A DNA stretch of 63,800 bases, counting the filler, from Reticulomyxa filosa (Eukaryota; Protista; Foraminifera), in the NCBI GenBank assembly GCA_000512085.1. It is 23 parts of 23 records of this genome, joined end to end, with 100 filler letters (N's around TTAATTAATTAA, not from the genome) between each part and the next. Parts side by side here need not be neighbours in the genome. Positions count along the whole stretch, not along the records: positions 35,517 to 39,694 come from ASPP01013929.1; positions 39,795 to 41,051 come from ASPP01018192.1; positions 41,152 to 47,690 come from ASPP01011765.1; positions 47,791 to 49,927 come from ASPP01037996.1; 19 more parts are not named here. The stretch is one strand, 5' to 3'. Below the pieces are notes generated by a model that worked only from the letters and a program-made list of their open reading frames with translations, did no database searches and was not told the DNA's origin. The position numbers and the translations under genes are program-made. Below are positions 36,501 through 49,449 of this stretch, in pieces. Within the stretch, counting starts at the first letter, position 1, and the number at the start of each line of letters is the position of its first letter.

Positions 36501-36997
36501 TTTTTTGTTTACTCCCGTTCTTCAAAAAGTTCTCCTGAAAGCTTTGAATAGTTTTAGCAGCTCACATTTGTTTCGTTTTGACAGCAATTATGACACTTGT
36601 GTCATCCAAAGTACTTTAGATTGATATAAAAAAAGTGTAAGGTTTGTCGAACTTAAAAAACAAAACAAAAAAGCAAACTGCATTGTGCAAGTGAAGAAGT
36701 ACGCCACTTGAAATACTAGAGGAAACTCAAACAAAGATTAAAAACAAAAATCACAAAACAAAGGAAACAACCAAAAAATTCAAAGGAAAAAAATTAAAAT
36801 ACAGCAGTGTAACCAGCTGTGCCTTGCACGATGTTTGCCTAAAAACCAAAAAAAGACAAAATACAGAATCCCATTCAAGTACATCCGATAAGGACCCAAT
36901 AGTCACAAAAAGAAGATAGAAGAAGCATAAAAAAAAAAATATAAAAAAAATAAACAATAAAAACAAGGACAAAAAATAAACAATAAGAGGCGTATAG

Positions 36998-38300
36998 TTA
37001 TTCTTCAGCAAGCTTCGCATCAGTAATGATCGCCTGCTGATTCAAAGTCAATAATTTTTTGGCTTGTTCAATATCAAGTTCGCTCACATTAGTATCGCTG
37101 GGATAGCTTTGAGAAGCATCACTGCGCTCTTCAAATATGTCTTCTTCGGTGGGAGTGACATGTCGAATCCTTGTAATCTTGATCTCGTGTTGATCCATGT
37201 CATCGTTGATATGGTCTTCTTTGATGTCATGACCGTCTCCTGTTTGTACACAAATCCGATATCCGATTCATCTCCCACACTGTCAGAATGTACTTTTTTC
37301 ATAAATGGCTGAATTTCGTTGATTCTGTGTTCAGTGTCGTCATTGCCGTTGTCATTGCTATCGTTGTTGGAAGTGAGAGGCTTGGGTTGAGCAGAGCGAA
37401 CACGATTGATGGTGAGTTGGGGCGCCGATGTTTGTGATGAGTTTGCTGATGGCGGAACCAGAACCGGAACAAGATGAATATGTGTTGCTTGTGATGTTAT
37501 TGGTATCATTGCCTATTCAAAACAAAAAGGTCAAGAGACAAATTGAGAGAAGAGATTTTGGATCATATAAAGGTTGTACATAAACAACAATAAAAAAAAA
37601 AAAAAAAAGCAAATGTATCCACACATATGTATATAAGTAAATATATTGATTTGCAACTGTTTCTTCATTTTTGGTGATACTCTTTTCGTTTTCAACGTCC
37701 TCTTGTTTTTTTCGTTCGCGCAACACCAAACAGGTAAAGATGCCGGAACAGCAAATCAATAGAACCACACCAACGGAGACAGCGATGATAGCCCAGAACA
37801 ATGACGGTCTTTCCAACAGACCCTTATGTTTGGAGGGGCTTTTGAGATTGGATTGAGTGGTACGTGGGGACGACGTGGTTGATGCAGGACCCACTCGCAA
37901 CACAGCCACCGTGCAGTTTTCGTGGAAGAGGGTAGTGAATACCGAGCTCAGGGCCCCTGAAAACGACGATGATTTGGTGACCGTGACCAATTGATCGGAA
38001 ACGGACTGCTGATGCGACCACACAGAAACGATGCCTGCGACGACGTGAGAAGAGTCACTGCGTTGCATTTGTGTGGAAAGGACACGACGTCGAGAAATGT
38101 CGGTGATGCTTACCATTTGACAACCAAAGTCTTGTTGTTTTCGATACGACGTAAGGCCGGAATAGCTATCTTCGAATGCATTCGCCATTTCGTTTGGATA
38201 GTACTGGCTACTTTCCAGAGATGCCTTGGTTTGTGATGATTCAAGATTAAATTCTACTTCGAATGTTTGAAGATTTTGCCCATCTGCATTACATATGTGT

Positions 38301-38340
<40 letters not shown>

Positions 38341-39694
38341 ATAATACATTTTTGTACAGTGTACAAATGCACATATTTCGGGAGTAATTTTGCTAACACC
38401 CAACTGAACAACCTGTTGTAGTACTCATTTCCGGCGGCAATGTTGTGTGCGATGATGGGGCAGTACTTGGACGAGTCGTCACTGGTGATGTGGTCGGCGA
38501 AAGCGAGCTTGTCGTTTGTTGCGACGGTACTTTCGTTGGTCTTGCACTCGTTGCTGTCACATCCAATCATTGCTTATATGTTCAATTTTTTTTTTTTCTG
38601 TTGTTTGGTTTTTTGGAGAGGAGAAGGAGGGAGGAAAGACACATGTTTGGTTCATACTCGGACTCGAAACGGGACTTACGCTGGGATGAGACGTAGGACG
38701 TAGAGTGGGCTGCATGATGGGATTGGAAGTCGGAGCCGAAGAAGGAGTACGTTGGACAAACGGAGAGAGTGTTGGAGTGCCTGTAATCGATGTCGGATTT
38801 GATGGAGAGGCTGTGACAGAGGATGGACGCTTTGTGGTTGCGGTAGGAGATTGAGATGGCCTTTGAGTTGGATGCAAGGTTGTTGTACTTGCAATCGATG
38901 GACTTGTTGAAGGCAAAGACGTTGTTGTTGTTGTTGTTATTATTGTTGTGGGAGACAAAGGACTGGCTGTTGGTGAAGAGGGACTTTGCGTTGGAAGAAG
39001 AGTCGGTCTCAGTGTGGTCGTTGTAGCTTTACTTGGACCTTGTGTGGGACGAAGGGTTGGATTGGATGTAGGTCGACCTGTTGGTCTTGCTGTGGGCTGA
39101 AGAGTCTGTAGGTTTGGATTTGACGTCGGTTGAATGGTCGGATTTGACGTCGGTTGAATGGTTGGCTTTGCCGTGGGATCAATCGTCGACTTTGATATAG
39201 GTTGAAGAGTCGGAATGAGCGTAGGCCGGAACGTTGGATTTAACGAAGGTTGAAGAGTCGGCTTTGATGTGGGCTGAAGAGTCGGCTTTGATGTGGGCTG
39301 AAGAGTCGGTCTTAATGTGGGCTGAAGAGTCGGGGTGGACGTAGGTCGAAATGTTGGATTTGGCGTAGGTTGATTGGCTGGATTTAAAGTAGGCCGGACG
39401 GTTGGACCTTGAGTTGGCTGTGTGGTTGGTCTCGATGTAGACCTTGATGTTGGATGTGATGTTGGAGGTGTTGTTGGATGTGATGTTGGAGGTGTTGTTG
39501 GAGGTGTTGTTGGATGTGTTGTTGGACGTGATGTTGGATGTGGTGTTGGATGTGATGTTGGACTTGATGTCGATTTTGATGTTGGAGCTGATGCTGGAGT
39601 TGATGTTGGTTTCGATGTTGGCTTTGACGTTGGAGTCGAAGTTGGAGTTAATGTTGGAGCTGATGCTGGAGTTGATGTTGGTTTCGATGTTGGC
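36998..39694 (-). CDS. PT-repeat (mucin-like) single-pass membrane protein (5' truncated)
   Basis: 12-bp repeats encode PTxx from 39694 to ~38640. Later exons contain a hydrophobic helix (LFWAIIAVSVGVVLLICCSGIFTCLVL) followed by RERKK and a cytoplasmic tail. Confidence 0.8.
38990..39694 (-). repeat. Coding 12-bp degenerate tandem repeat (Pro-Thr-x-x)
   Basis: Periodic GTTGG/GTCGG/GTGGG every 12 nt on the + strand. Confidence 0.85.
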
Positions 39695-39794
39695 NNNNNN
39701 NNNNNNNNNNNNNNNNNNNNNNNNNNNNNNNNNNNNNNTTAATTAATTAANNNNNNNNNNNNNNNNNNNNNNNNNNNNNNNNNNNNNNNNNNNN

Positions 39795-40212
39795 TGGGAC
39801 AGGGCCATGGCGTAGCCATCGGCGCCCAGGCCGCAAATGACGCCGACCGCCAGGTCCGAAAAATAGGAGTGGTGGCGGAAGGGTTCGCGGGCGTGGACGT
39901 TGGACAGATGTACTTCGATATAAGGCAGCTTCACGCCGGCCAGTGCGTCGCGCAGCGCCACGCTGGTATGGGTAAAGGCTGCCGGGTTGATGATGCAAAA
40001 GCCGTGCCGTCGGTGAGGCAAGCGTGTACGCGGTCGATCAGGACATGCTCGGCATTGCTTTGCAATATGTCCAGCTCGAAACCGGCGTCAGTGGCTTGTG
40101 CACGCAGGCGCTGGTTGATGTCGTCCAGGGTGTCCCGGCCGTAGTGCTGTGGCTCGCGCAGTCCGAGTAGGTTCAGATTGGGGCCGTGCAGCACGAGGAT
40201 TTTTCGGGTCAA
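39795..40212 (-). CDS. aroQ: Bacterial type II 3-dehydroquinate dehydratase (1-nt slip near 39998; 3' end cut)
   Basis: [64 protein letters not shown] start preceded by AGGGA. Confidence 0.95.
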
Positions 40213-40465
40213 GGTGGTGGTCCCTGTTTTGATATGGGCGCGAGTTTGCAGTAATTGCCGGCAAGTTGTCCAGCAATTGCCGCATTTCAAACGCATGTTT
40301 AAGTTGCAGAGTTGTTGGTAAAATGTTGCTGCTTCGAGTGAAAGCACTAACAAATCGGCCCGCTGTCACGCGGCTGAAACTGTAGCGTGGCCAGTTTTTG
40401 GCTTGTTGATCTGGCACAAGCAAGCTGCATACCGGGAACGCTGCCACGGGAAGTCGCTCGAAAGG

Positions 40466-40471
40466 TATAAT
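40466..40471 (+). promoter_or_regulatory. Candidate sigma70 -10 element for queA
   Basis: Perfect TATAAT ~30 nt upstream of the queA ATG in GC-rich DNA; no clear -35. Confidence 0.45.
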
Positions 40472-40500
40472 CCCGCAGTTTTCCAGAAGATAGCCGCACC

Positions 40501-41051
40501 ATGCACGTATCCGATTTCGACTACCACCTGCCCGAGCACCTGATCGCCCAGCACCCGCCCGCCGTGCGCGGTAGCAGCCGCCTGCTGCTGGTAGCAGGAG
40601 ACACGCTGCGCGACGCGCAGTTCGACGATTTTGCCGACGCCTTGCAGCCTGGCGACGTGATGGTGTTCAACGACACCCGCGTCATCAAGGCACGGCGTTT
40701 GGCGAGAAAGCCAGCGGCGGCAAGGTGGAGGCGCTGGTGGAGCGCGTGCTGAACGAGCATGAAGTGCTGGCCCATGTGCGCGCCAGCAAGTCGCCGAAGC
40801 CGGGCAGCCGCATCGTGTTTGCCGAGCGCTGGGAAGCAGAGATGGTTGGCCGCGACGACGCGCTGTTCCATTTGCGCTTTCTGGACGAGGCCAACGTGTT
40901 CGATATCCTGGACGCTTCCGGCAAGCTGCCGCTGCCGCCGTATATCGAGCGTGATACCGATGCCGACGACGACGAGCGCTACCAGACAGTCTATGCACGG
41001 GAAAAGGGCGCGGTAGCAGCGCCGACGGCCGGCCTGCACTTTACCGATGCC
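40501..41051 (+). CDS. queA: Bacterial S-adenosylmethionine:tRNA ribosyltransferase-isomerase (1-nt slip near 40697; 3' end cut)
   Basis: [59 protein letters not shown]...[12 protein letters not shown]. Confidence 0.96.
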
Positions 41052-41151
41052 NNNNNNNNNNNNNNNNNNNNNNNNNNNNNNNNNNNNNNNNNNNNTTAAT
41101 TAATTAANNNNNNNNNNNNNNNNNNNNNNNNNNNNNNNNNNNNNNNNNNNN

Positions 41152-42833
41152 ATGATATGAACAAAACTCTCTGCATTTATTCCTTGCATTTGCTCTTGTT
41201 GCATTTTTTCTCGCAATTTCTTTGCTTCTTCTTCTAACTTGCGTTGCTCGGGACACACTGCCTTTTGAACCTTCTTTGCGTGATGATGGTGGTGATGTCT
41301 CACATTGGACGGACGATGAGGCTTTTGATGGGTCTTGGTGTTGCGTCGCAAGTCCTTCACTGTCATTCTGTGCTTTTTTGACGCATCTTCGGCCAGATGG
41401 CTATTCAGCAGATGGATGGACGTGGAATGAGTAGCAATAGTATTGATATTAGTGCTAGTGCTAGTGTTGGTGTTGGTATTAGTCAAGCCAGTGCTATTGG
41501 TTGCAATGGTCGAGGTCATCATCGTCGCACTACTTTGACTTTGTTCCGGCGTTTCCATGGCTCCGTCGCCAGGATTAAACGCATTGCCATGACTCGCCTC
41601 TTCATTGGTCGATCGAACACCACCTCGCACATCAATTACAATTGGACTAACGACAATACTAAAATTCTCTTCCATTAAAGTTTCTCCATTACCAATCTCT
41701 TCATGATCATCGTTATCTTTTTCATTCCCTTCCTCTTCCTCTTCTTCTTCCTCTTCTTCTTCTTCTTCTCCTTCTTCTTCTTCTTTCTCTTCTTCTTCCT
41801 CTTCCTCTTCCTCTTCTTCTTTCTCTTCAATTGCAATAGTCGCAAGATTACCTCTGATCACAGACCCATATTTTTCATTACCATTGGCATGTGCGTGCGC
41901 GTTAGCGTCATCCCCTTTGGCTACGCTATCTTTCGTATTGATGGCCGCAATCGCAGCTGCCCCTGTAGCCAAAACCTCGCCCGTCTTGTCTTCGCTCGCA
42001 CTTGCTTGCAACGCCAGCATTTCAATTTGCAAGTCCGAGTGATTGGTCAGTTTGGTGTCCGTGGTGGTGGTGGTGGTGTTGACACGCTGCAACGATTGGT
42101 CCGACGATACCACGTTCAATGACGTTGTGACCGTGGTCGTCTCTCCACTGTATTGTTCGTCCTTATGAGATTTTGTCATCACTTGCTTTGTCGCTGTCTC
42201 CTTTTCCAACTTTTTTTCCTTCTCTTTTGGCTCATCTTTTTTTTTTTTTACAATTTGATAATGAAAAAATAGGCTCAATCCGATCATTTTTATTATCATT
42301 TCGATTACAAATATCCACGTAAACATTGCATCCAATTTCTCCAACACACTTTTTTGTTTGTTTTGTTATTCACACAAAAAAAAAAAATTAATATATATAT
42401 ATATTTTTTATAAACCTTTTCATACACACACACACACATACACACACATACACACGATGCAAAACTTTTGAAAATGGGTGCTCGAATTTGGCTGCTGCAT
42501 CGCTAAAACAATACAGTTAAATGCGATACACAGCATTATAATCGTATCAAAGTGATGCTGTTTCACTATTTTTCGTCGTACAAAATCATGCACCCAGAGC
42601 ACGTAGCTTAATGGTCTATTACTCTCGTAATAATCCTTTGCTTCATATCGCTCTATCCACTTGTATTCTACAATGTTGTCCTCTTCCTCCTCTTCTTCCT
42701 CTTCTTGCTGTCTCTCAAGCAGCTTTTTGGTGCACAACACCAAACGCAAGTTATCCACATCTTCCAATTTGTTCAATTCCTCCCCAAACGCCTCGTTATT
42801 TGCTTCTGCGTAGACATCGCTGCCAACGTGCAT
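41152..42833 (-). CDS. Voltage-gated Ca2+/Na+-type channel, 5' fragment (S1-S2 then a long insert)
   Basis: IVKQHHFDTIIMLCIAFNCIVLAM (S1), intron 42465-42349, LDAMFTWIFVIEMIIKMIGL (S2). Confidence 0.8.
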
Positions 42834-43114
42834 TGCACACAAACGTGTCAGCAGTCAATTCAATCAACAAGAAAAAAATCTCAAGCGGCAAAAACTTTTG
42901 AAAAAACTGGCTGATCACGAAGTGTTACAGATTGGAAAAAAAAAAAGTTTTGCTTTCTACAAAAAGAAAATCCAATTGTGTGTTTCACGGTTTCGATTTT
43001 TGTGAAATTTATAGCCATATTGTTTGGAGTGAGAACTCTTGGCAGGGTCAGCCAAAAAAAAGCGAATGATGAAACGGTATACAGTTATACAGTTAATTGA
43101 GATATTTTTGCTCA

Positions 43115-45099
43115 ATGATAACTGGTTGTCCCTCTCGCCTTTTCAAGAAGTTGCATTCTTTTCCTTTATCTTCCTTGTGTTCCCTTCAAGTGTCAAGACG
43201 CGCGACTTCCACAAAGATAGGCACTGATGGGGAAGTAATAGGAATGATTGGAAAAAAACGGGAAAATGATGACAAATAGCTTGGGCAGAGAAAGCAAATG
43301 GACACCAACTGTATCATCAGTGAATCGTGTGCTTTCAAAGTCGAGGAATGCTGAGTTTCTATTGGATATGATGAAAAGAAATGTGAAATACTTTGAAGTG
43401 ATACAAGACGAATATCACAAACAAACGGAGATACAAAAGAAAAAATTTGAAAGTATAAGACGATTGCATACAGACATATCAGTATACATAGCGGCAATTC
43501 GTGCCTGTGGCCTTAGCCACGGAGGCGAAAGGAGTTGTATGGAACTTCACGAAAAATAAAAGAAGTGAACAAAGCAATAAAATCGATAGTATTGGATGAC
43601 TTGGATATTGTATTGAACGTGGACTACTACAATGCACTGTTGAGTGTATTGGTTGTGAACAAGGATATGAAAAACGCATTGAATATATACAATGAAATGA
43701 CAGTGATGGAGATGTTGAAGCCAAACGTGACAACTTTGAACATGCTACTCGAAGGTTGTGATCGATGTGAATATCATGAATTGGCAAAACATTTCTATTT
43801 CAACGAAATGCTTGCAAAGTACCAACTCACTCCAAACACAGCCACTTTCTTCAATTTGTTTGGTATTTGTGAAAAATTCAAAGATGTGCAGTTGGCTGAA
43901 GAGTTGTTTTATGGACATATTCTAAATAATCGCTTTGGTCCGAATTGTCCCCTTCTCGATGATCTGGACGTCCTTGTCAAGTGCTTATTTTGGTGCTACT
44001 TTCAATTTGATCAACTGAAAAAAATGGAGGGGTTGGTCGCCAATTATTCCAATTCCTTGTATCACATACAATACAAATGGCTTATTCAAACACTCTTGCG
44101 GTTCAATAAGCCATTGCAAGCTTTGAAATATGCAGATACTGTGCCTTCCCTTCAAAATACAGATGACCTGAGTTGTCAATATTTAAAGGGTATATGTCTT
44201 CTTCAAACATTTAAGGAAATGCATATTTTGATATATGTACATATACATATATATATATAAATATATATATATATTTTTTAGTCTATATTTTCGTGTTAAT
44301 ATTTTATTGCTTTTTTTCTTTTTAAATGAAACAAAACAAAAGCGAAGATATATTTGCAACTGTTGAAACAAGGCCTATCCGATAGTGAACAAAATAAAAT
44401 ATACGTGGAAAGCATTGGGCACGTGATTCAACAAATGTGGGCATATTCAACCGAATTGGTAGAACATCGATGGGATGTTGTTCATGAATTCAAAGACAAT
44501 CTTCCACAAACGTATTTGGCCGATTTGATTCATATTTATATCTCAGCTCATATCCTCTTTTTCAAAGAAGATTGGTCACTGTCGATTCCATATTTTGAAT
44601 ATATTTGCAATACTCAATGTCCAAGTGTCAATTGTTTTGTTTTGTTTTTTTTTTTTTACGTTTTTATAAAACAATCATGCTTTGTCTGTTCACTGCTCTA
44701 TATCCTTACTCTTAAATAGAGACCATTGAATACTGGAAATGTGTAAATGATATCCCCAACGTTGACAAGGTACTGGACTTGCGCAGATCGAGTCAGTTAG
44801 AAATCATATTTCTTTTGAGATATGTCGTATGTCACCAGAGACACCTTTTCATGGAGTGCAAGAATACGTTAAACCAAAACTTAGTCATTTTTTGTGGAAG
44901 ACCACAGAACACCGATGTAGATGCTCTTCGATATATTATCACCGAACTTGCGTCGTGGTTTTTTAAAATTAGAGTTGTTGAAGTCACCAAGTACGGTTTG
45001 ATTGAACTAAATTGCCAAGACATGCAAGAATTCTTCAAAAAGTACCCACCAAAAGACTTTAATTTTTGTCCTATGCACTTCAACCTTGAGAACGTATGA
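43115..45099 (+). CDS. Pentatricopeptide-repeat protein with a degenerate SMR-like C-terminus
   Basis: YYNALLSVLV..KDMKNALNIYNEM....LKPNVTTLNMLLEGC and LTPNTATFFNLFGIC PPR units. C-terminal VLDLR...LVIFCGR...YGLIEL. Contains introns and two apparent homopolymer slips (~43255, ~43555); start uncertain. Confidence 0.8.
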
Positions 45100-47067
45100 A
45101 CTTTTGGATTATGTTATTGTTTAACTAAACAAATTTTGCAACAAAAGTACATCTCTTTTTACTTATTCTTAATAGTTCTTTCATTTCGATACATCTGACA
45201 TTTTATTTGCCCAAAAAATTTTTCGAAAACAATGACAAATGCTAAACAAACGATTATGACGTTTTTTCTGCTTAATCTTACAATTACCTTTTTTAGGCCT
45301 TTGTCCTTTTTCGTATCTACACAAACTACGCAAAGCTAGCTGTAATACTAATGCAATTTATAGAATTCTTGACTACAAAGATTTTCTAAATTTTTTAGAA
45401 TCAGCCAATAAAAATACAGTTCCAAAAAAAGTAATAATAAAAAAATTGTTAAAACTAATTGTCACAACAAAAGCGATTTAATTGATTGCTTCTTCAATTT
45501 TTCAACAAGACCATAATGAAATTAATGTAACCTAAAGAGCATAATACTTAACACACAGTCCTATTTAAAAAGAGTAATTAACGCATAAAAAGGTTGAGTT
45601 AGATTTTTCATAATGAAACATTAATATGCTTATTCGCAACAATATATTTTTGGATTTTCAAGCAACAAGTAGTTGTTCAATCAATCTGATAGTAGTCAAG
45701 TATGAATACGTAATATTTTCATAAAATGAAAAACATATTTTGACAAATATACAATTCTTTCGATATATGATATAAGATAAATGAACAAAAAATCTACAAA
45801 ATAGATTACTTTTGTATCTTTTTAAATATTATTATACTGAATTTTCTTGTGTTTTCGATTTTCATTTTATGTTTTTGTTAATTACTAATTATTTATTAGC
45901 TTACAAAATTATCCTTTCATATTCTAGTTTTTGTGTGTCGTTGTGCTGCTTTACGAAAGAATGTACCGATTATCACAAGCATACTGTTTTTTTTAACATC
46001 ATTCCAAATGAAAAAATAAAAAAAATCGAACTACAGCCCCCTTTCCGACAACTGTCAGAAGTTATTTTTTTGAAACGTATTGTTAATCTTTTCAAGGCCC
46101 AACATATTCACAAATATGCTTAAAAAATCAATTGTCTCGCGCGTTATTTTATCTTTTTTTTTATGATCAAGATATGAACAGATTGATAAATGTCTTTCAA
46201 AAAACTATTTTATAATCTTTAAATTATGCAAGCATTGTTATCAATCAAAATTATAGTAGCTGTCATTTTGTAACTCTTGTGAACGACAATTTTTGAGTCA
46301 AACCACTTACAGAGGAAAAAAATCAGAGTCAAGAAGAACTTTGTACATATATGCTAGGATCAAGAATATGTACCCTAAGCCCATAATAAAGGTAGTAATT
46401 GACAAAATCCTACATTTGGAGGCAGTATCCTGAGGATCTTGGAACCTTTTTCACAATTTACAACATGATCATACAAATGATGAGATGATTCCCGGATGTT
46501 TGGAAGTATTATTGGTTGGTTTAATTGCAAACTGGCCCTAATAAAGTGATAAAAAAAGAAAGTAAATGACTTCCTTTCAAATTTACAAATAAAAAGAAAA
46601 CTGTAATAAAAACAAAAGCTACAATATTTTTCCAGTTGTTTGTAGTGGTTTCTTTTTTGTGCAACAACTTCAAAGCTCAAATTAAAAACGTCGGGAACAT
46701 CCTTTTGGAGACAAAAAACTTTTTTCTTTTGTTTCCCTTTCAAGTGGAAACAAGATAAGAAAAAACTCTTTTTTTTATACCTTCGATCCGGTGTCATATA
46801 ATTGCTTTTATTCATCCTTTCTCCGATCTAATTAAAAGTTTGTTGTACTTTTTTTTTTTTTTTTTTTTTGGAGATTCCTTGTGTTGGTGTTGTTGTTTTT
46901 GCATACAAAACGGATTACCTTCTAATGAAAAGAAAAGGAGGAGAGAGGGAAGAAAACAACAAATGAACAAAGGATAGGACTGGTGTGTAGTGTAGCACGT
47001 GTGGTGTGCATGAAAAAGGAGGTCGGGGGGACGGAGGGGGTAAAAAAAAACTAAAACAGTTTTAGAA

Positions 47068-47690
47068 ATGTATGTTCAATCGGAACTGAACGAAGTAAGA
47101 AAGAGCGCAGAAGACGAAAGAGAAGATGAAAACTCATTAAGAGCAGCGAAGAGCGATGAAAAGAAGGAAAAGATGAGCAATGAGTCGAAGACGATAGAAA
47201 TAGGAAATGAAGCATTGAATATGAATAGTATGGCAACGGGGTATATTGAATATGCCCCTTTTGAAGCACTGACGGTGGCAAAGACCCAGCCGATCATAGC
47301 AAAGACGAGAGAAGAAATGGCGAAATGGAAATATGGATCATTTGGGAAGGATGAAGGCGAGTTATTAGCAGTATCAAATGCGAACGACGAGAGCGAGAAC
47401 GAGGACAATGCAAGTCAGCACAATGGCGAAAGTGGTTCAAAGCATCCCAGTAAGACGCAAAAAAAATGGACGACAAATTTGGAGACACAACAAAGTCATT
47501 GGAAAAAGGGAAGTATCGACCATGTTAGCAGTGAAGATTCTGAGGAAGACACACCAAAACAAGAAGAGACAATAACAGAGGAAGCATATCCCAATCAGCA
47601 ATTCAGAGAGATGCTTCAGCATCGATTGTCTTCGCCCATCAAATATCCTCAATCGGACACAGAGCTAATGAAGAGAATAACAGCGACGAC
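47068..47690 (+). CDS. Exon of an acidic hypothetical protein (partial)
   Basis: >200-codon open frame, E/K/S-rich. Confidence 0.55.
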
Positions 47691-47906
47691 NNNNNNNNNN
47701 NNNNNNNNNNNNNNNNNNNNNNNNNNNNNNNNNNTTAATTAATTAANNNNNNNNNNNNNNNNNNNNNNNNNNNNNNNNNNNNNNNNNNNNTAAACTCTTT
47801 CGAGCAGATTTTCAACAACTCAAAGTAATTTAAATAAAGAAAGAAGAAATGGCAAAAACAATAACGAAAGAGTAAAAGGAAAAACACAAGAAAGGTTGTT
47901 AAGAGT

Positions 47907-47970
47907 GGGGAAAGTTTAGCCCACCGGGGGCTCGTCAGCCCCTTTTACTTTATAGGAGCTTCTCCTACAC
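47907..47970 (-). ncRNA. Structured non-coding motif, copy A (hammerhead-like core)
   Basis: Minus strand: GTAGGAG-AAG-CTCCTAT...AAAGGGG-CTGACGA-GCCC-CCGGT-GGGC-TAAAC-TTT-CCCC. A second copy is at 51709-51782. Confidence 0.5.
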
Positions 47971-48715
47971 GAGAGTTTTCACTAAAAAAAGACCAAAAAA
48001 TTGGGTTAGATTCATTAGCTGTGACAAATCAACTAATACTCTTTTGAACTTGTTGACAAATCAAAGCATTATAGATAATAAAATTAAAAAATGGAACTGA
48101 ACCCTTTTGGTGTTCTTTAAATCAAATTTATTTTCATTTTTTAGAAAAAGAAAAATAACGTTCAATACCAGTTCTAAATACAGAAATGTAGCCAAAACTA
48201 AAATTCTGTTGAAAATTCTGAGATAAAATTGAACAACAGAAAAGAGGTTCAAAAGGGGAGTGGTTCCATTTTTTTTATTTTTTTATCTTTAATGTGTCTT
48301 TCTCGTACTTTAAAGTTTTTTTGCAAGTTGCTTCCACTCTTGAAAATTAAGAAAGTATGGTGATTTGATATGTTTGTGTTGTCAAAAGCGCACTTGTTCT
48401 TCATTTTGACGCAACATTAAGACGTGAACAATGCCCAACACCTAAAGGCAATAGCAAGTTATTTCCTTATTAATACTGAAAATTGCATTACATGGTCTAA
48501 TTTTTAATTACTAGTTCAATCTAAATATTCAAAAAAACAAAAACTAGTTGAGTGAAAGGACATAACATTTTCGGTGTTATTCCAAACATGCTTGTATACT
48601 TGCTTCAACAATTCCGCTTGCACAATCAGAGTACAAAGGGCGTTTACCAGATAAGTGCAGCAGTGACACCTTGGCCCAATTACTTCAAGGGCGCATTCAA
48701 CAAGAAAGCACATTG

Positions 48716-49449
48716 ATGAGTCAGAGTAATACGAGGAACAATATAACATCAAATGTTGATACACTTGCAATGGCTCCACATTATTTCTACAGATTTGCAC
48801 TCGTGATATTCTTGTTCCTTACAGTCGTCTTTTACACACTATCATTTTCTGTCAATGGTAAATTTTACATATGCACACACACATGTATATTATCTATATA
48901 TACATTTTTTTGAAAAAAAGAATAGGCATCAAGCTAGGATTGTTATTATGGATGTTGTCAGTGGTAATGTTGATTGGTAGACTATACTTTGGTGCAAGAG
49001 TGTTGCTATCGATAGGTGCATAATGGTGGACTGATATTTTATCAATACCACGACATCACTCACGAAGTACACTCTCCGGAACGAACATGCATTCGCTTCA
49101 TTCCTCATTTCCTTCCATCTCGAACGAACATGCGACTTGCGATGATTTCACCCACCGCAAAGATAAGAATAACCAAAAAGAAGAGCCACTGCCAAAAGTG
49201 AAGGCAATTGAAGACGCAAATGAAAATAAAGTATCCGAGGGTGGAAAGAACAAAGCTTGGAATAACGAAGATGTGGTTATACGTAGCCACAGCAACACAT
49301 CGAAGCGTGCTGAAAAACACAAAATCGAAGAGAGCAAAGAAGACGAAAACAGGGACAAAGAGAAAGATACACCAATTACAATTTGCAAAGATTGGGATAA
49401 TGTAATTGTCATGAAAAAATACAACTTTGTGGTAGAAAATGGCAAATAA
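48716..49449 (+). pseudogene. Two-exon membrane-protein gene interrupted by one in-frame TAA
   Basis: Exon 1 hydrophobic helix, GT-AG intron ~48858-48925, second hydrophobic helix, TAA at 49021-49023, and the same frame stays open to 49449. Confidence 0.45.

Noticed and set aside
39422-39746. Plus-strand ORFs with VGxD or MLEL repeats
   Set aside because: Antisense shadows of the PTxx repeat gene.
39795-41051. Horizontal transfer or programmed frameshifting of aroQ/queA
   Set aside because: No host flanks are present, and single-base deletions fit sequencing error better.
46280-46550. Moderately GC-rich patch resembling coding sequence
   Set aside because: No sustained frame or recognisable motif.
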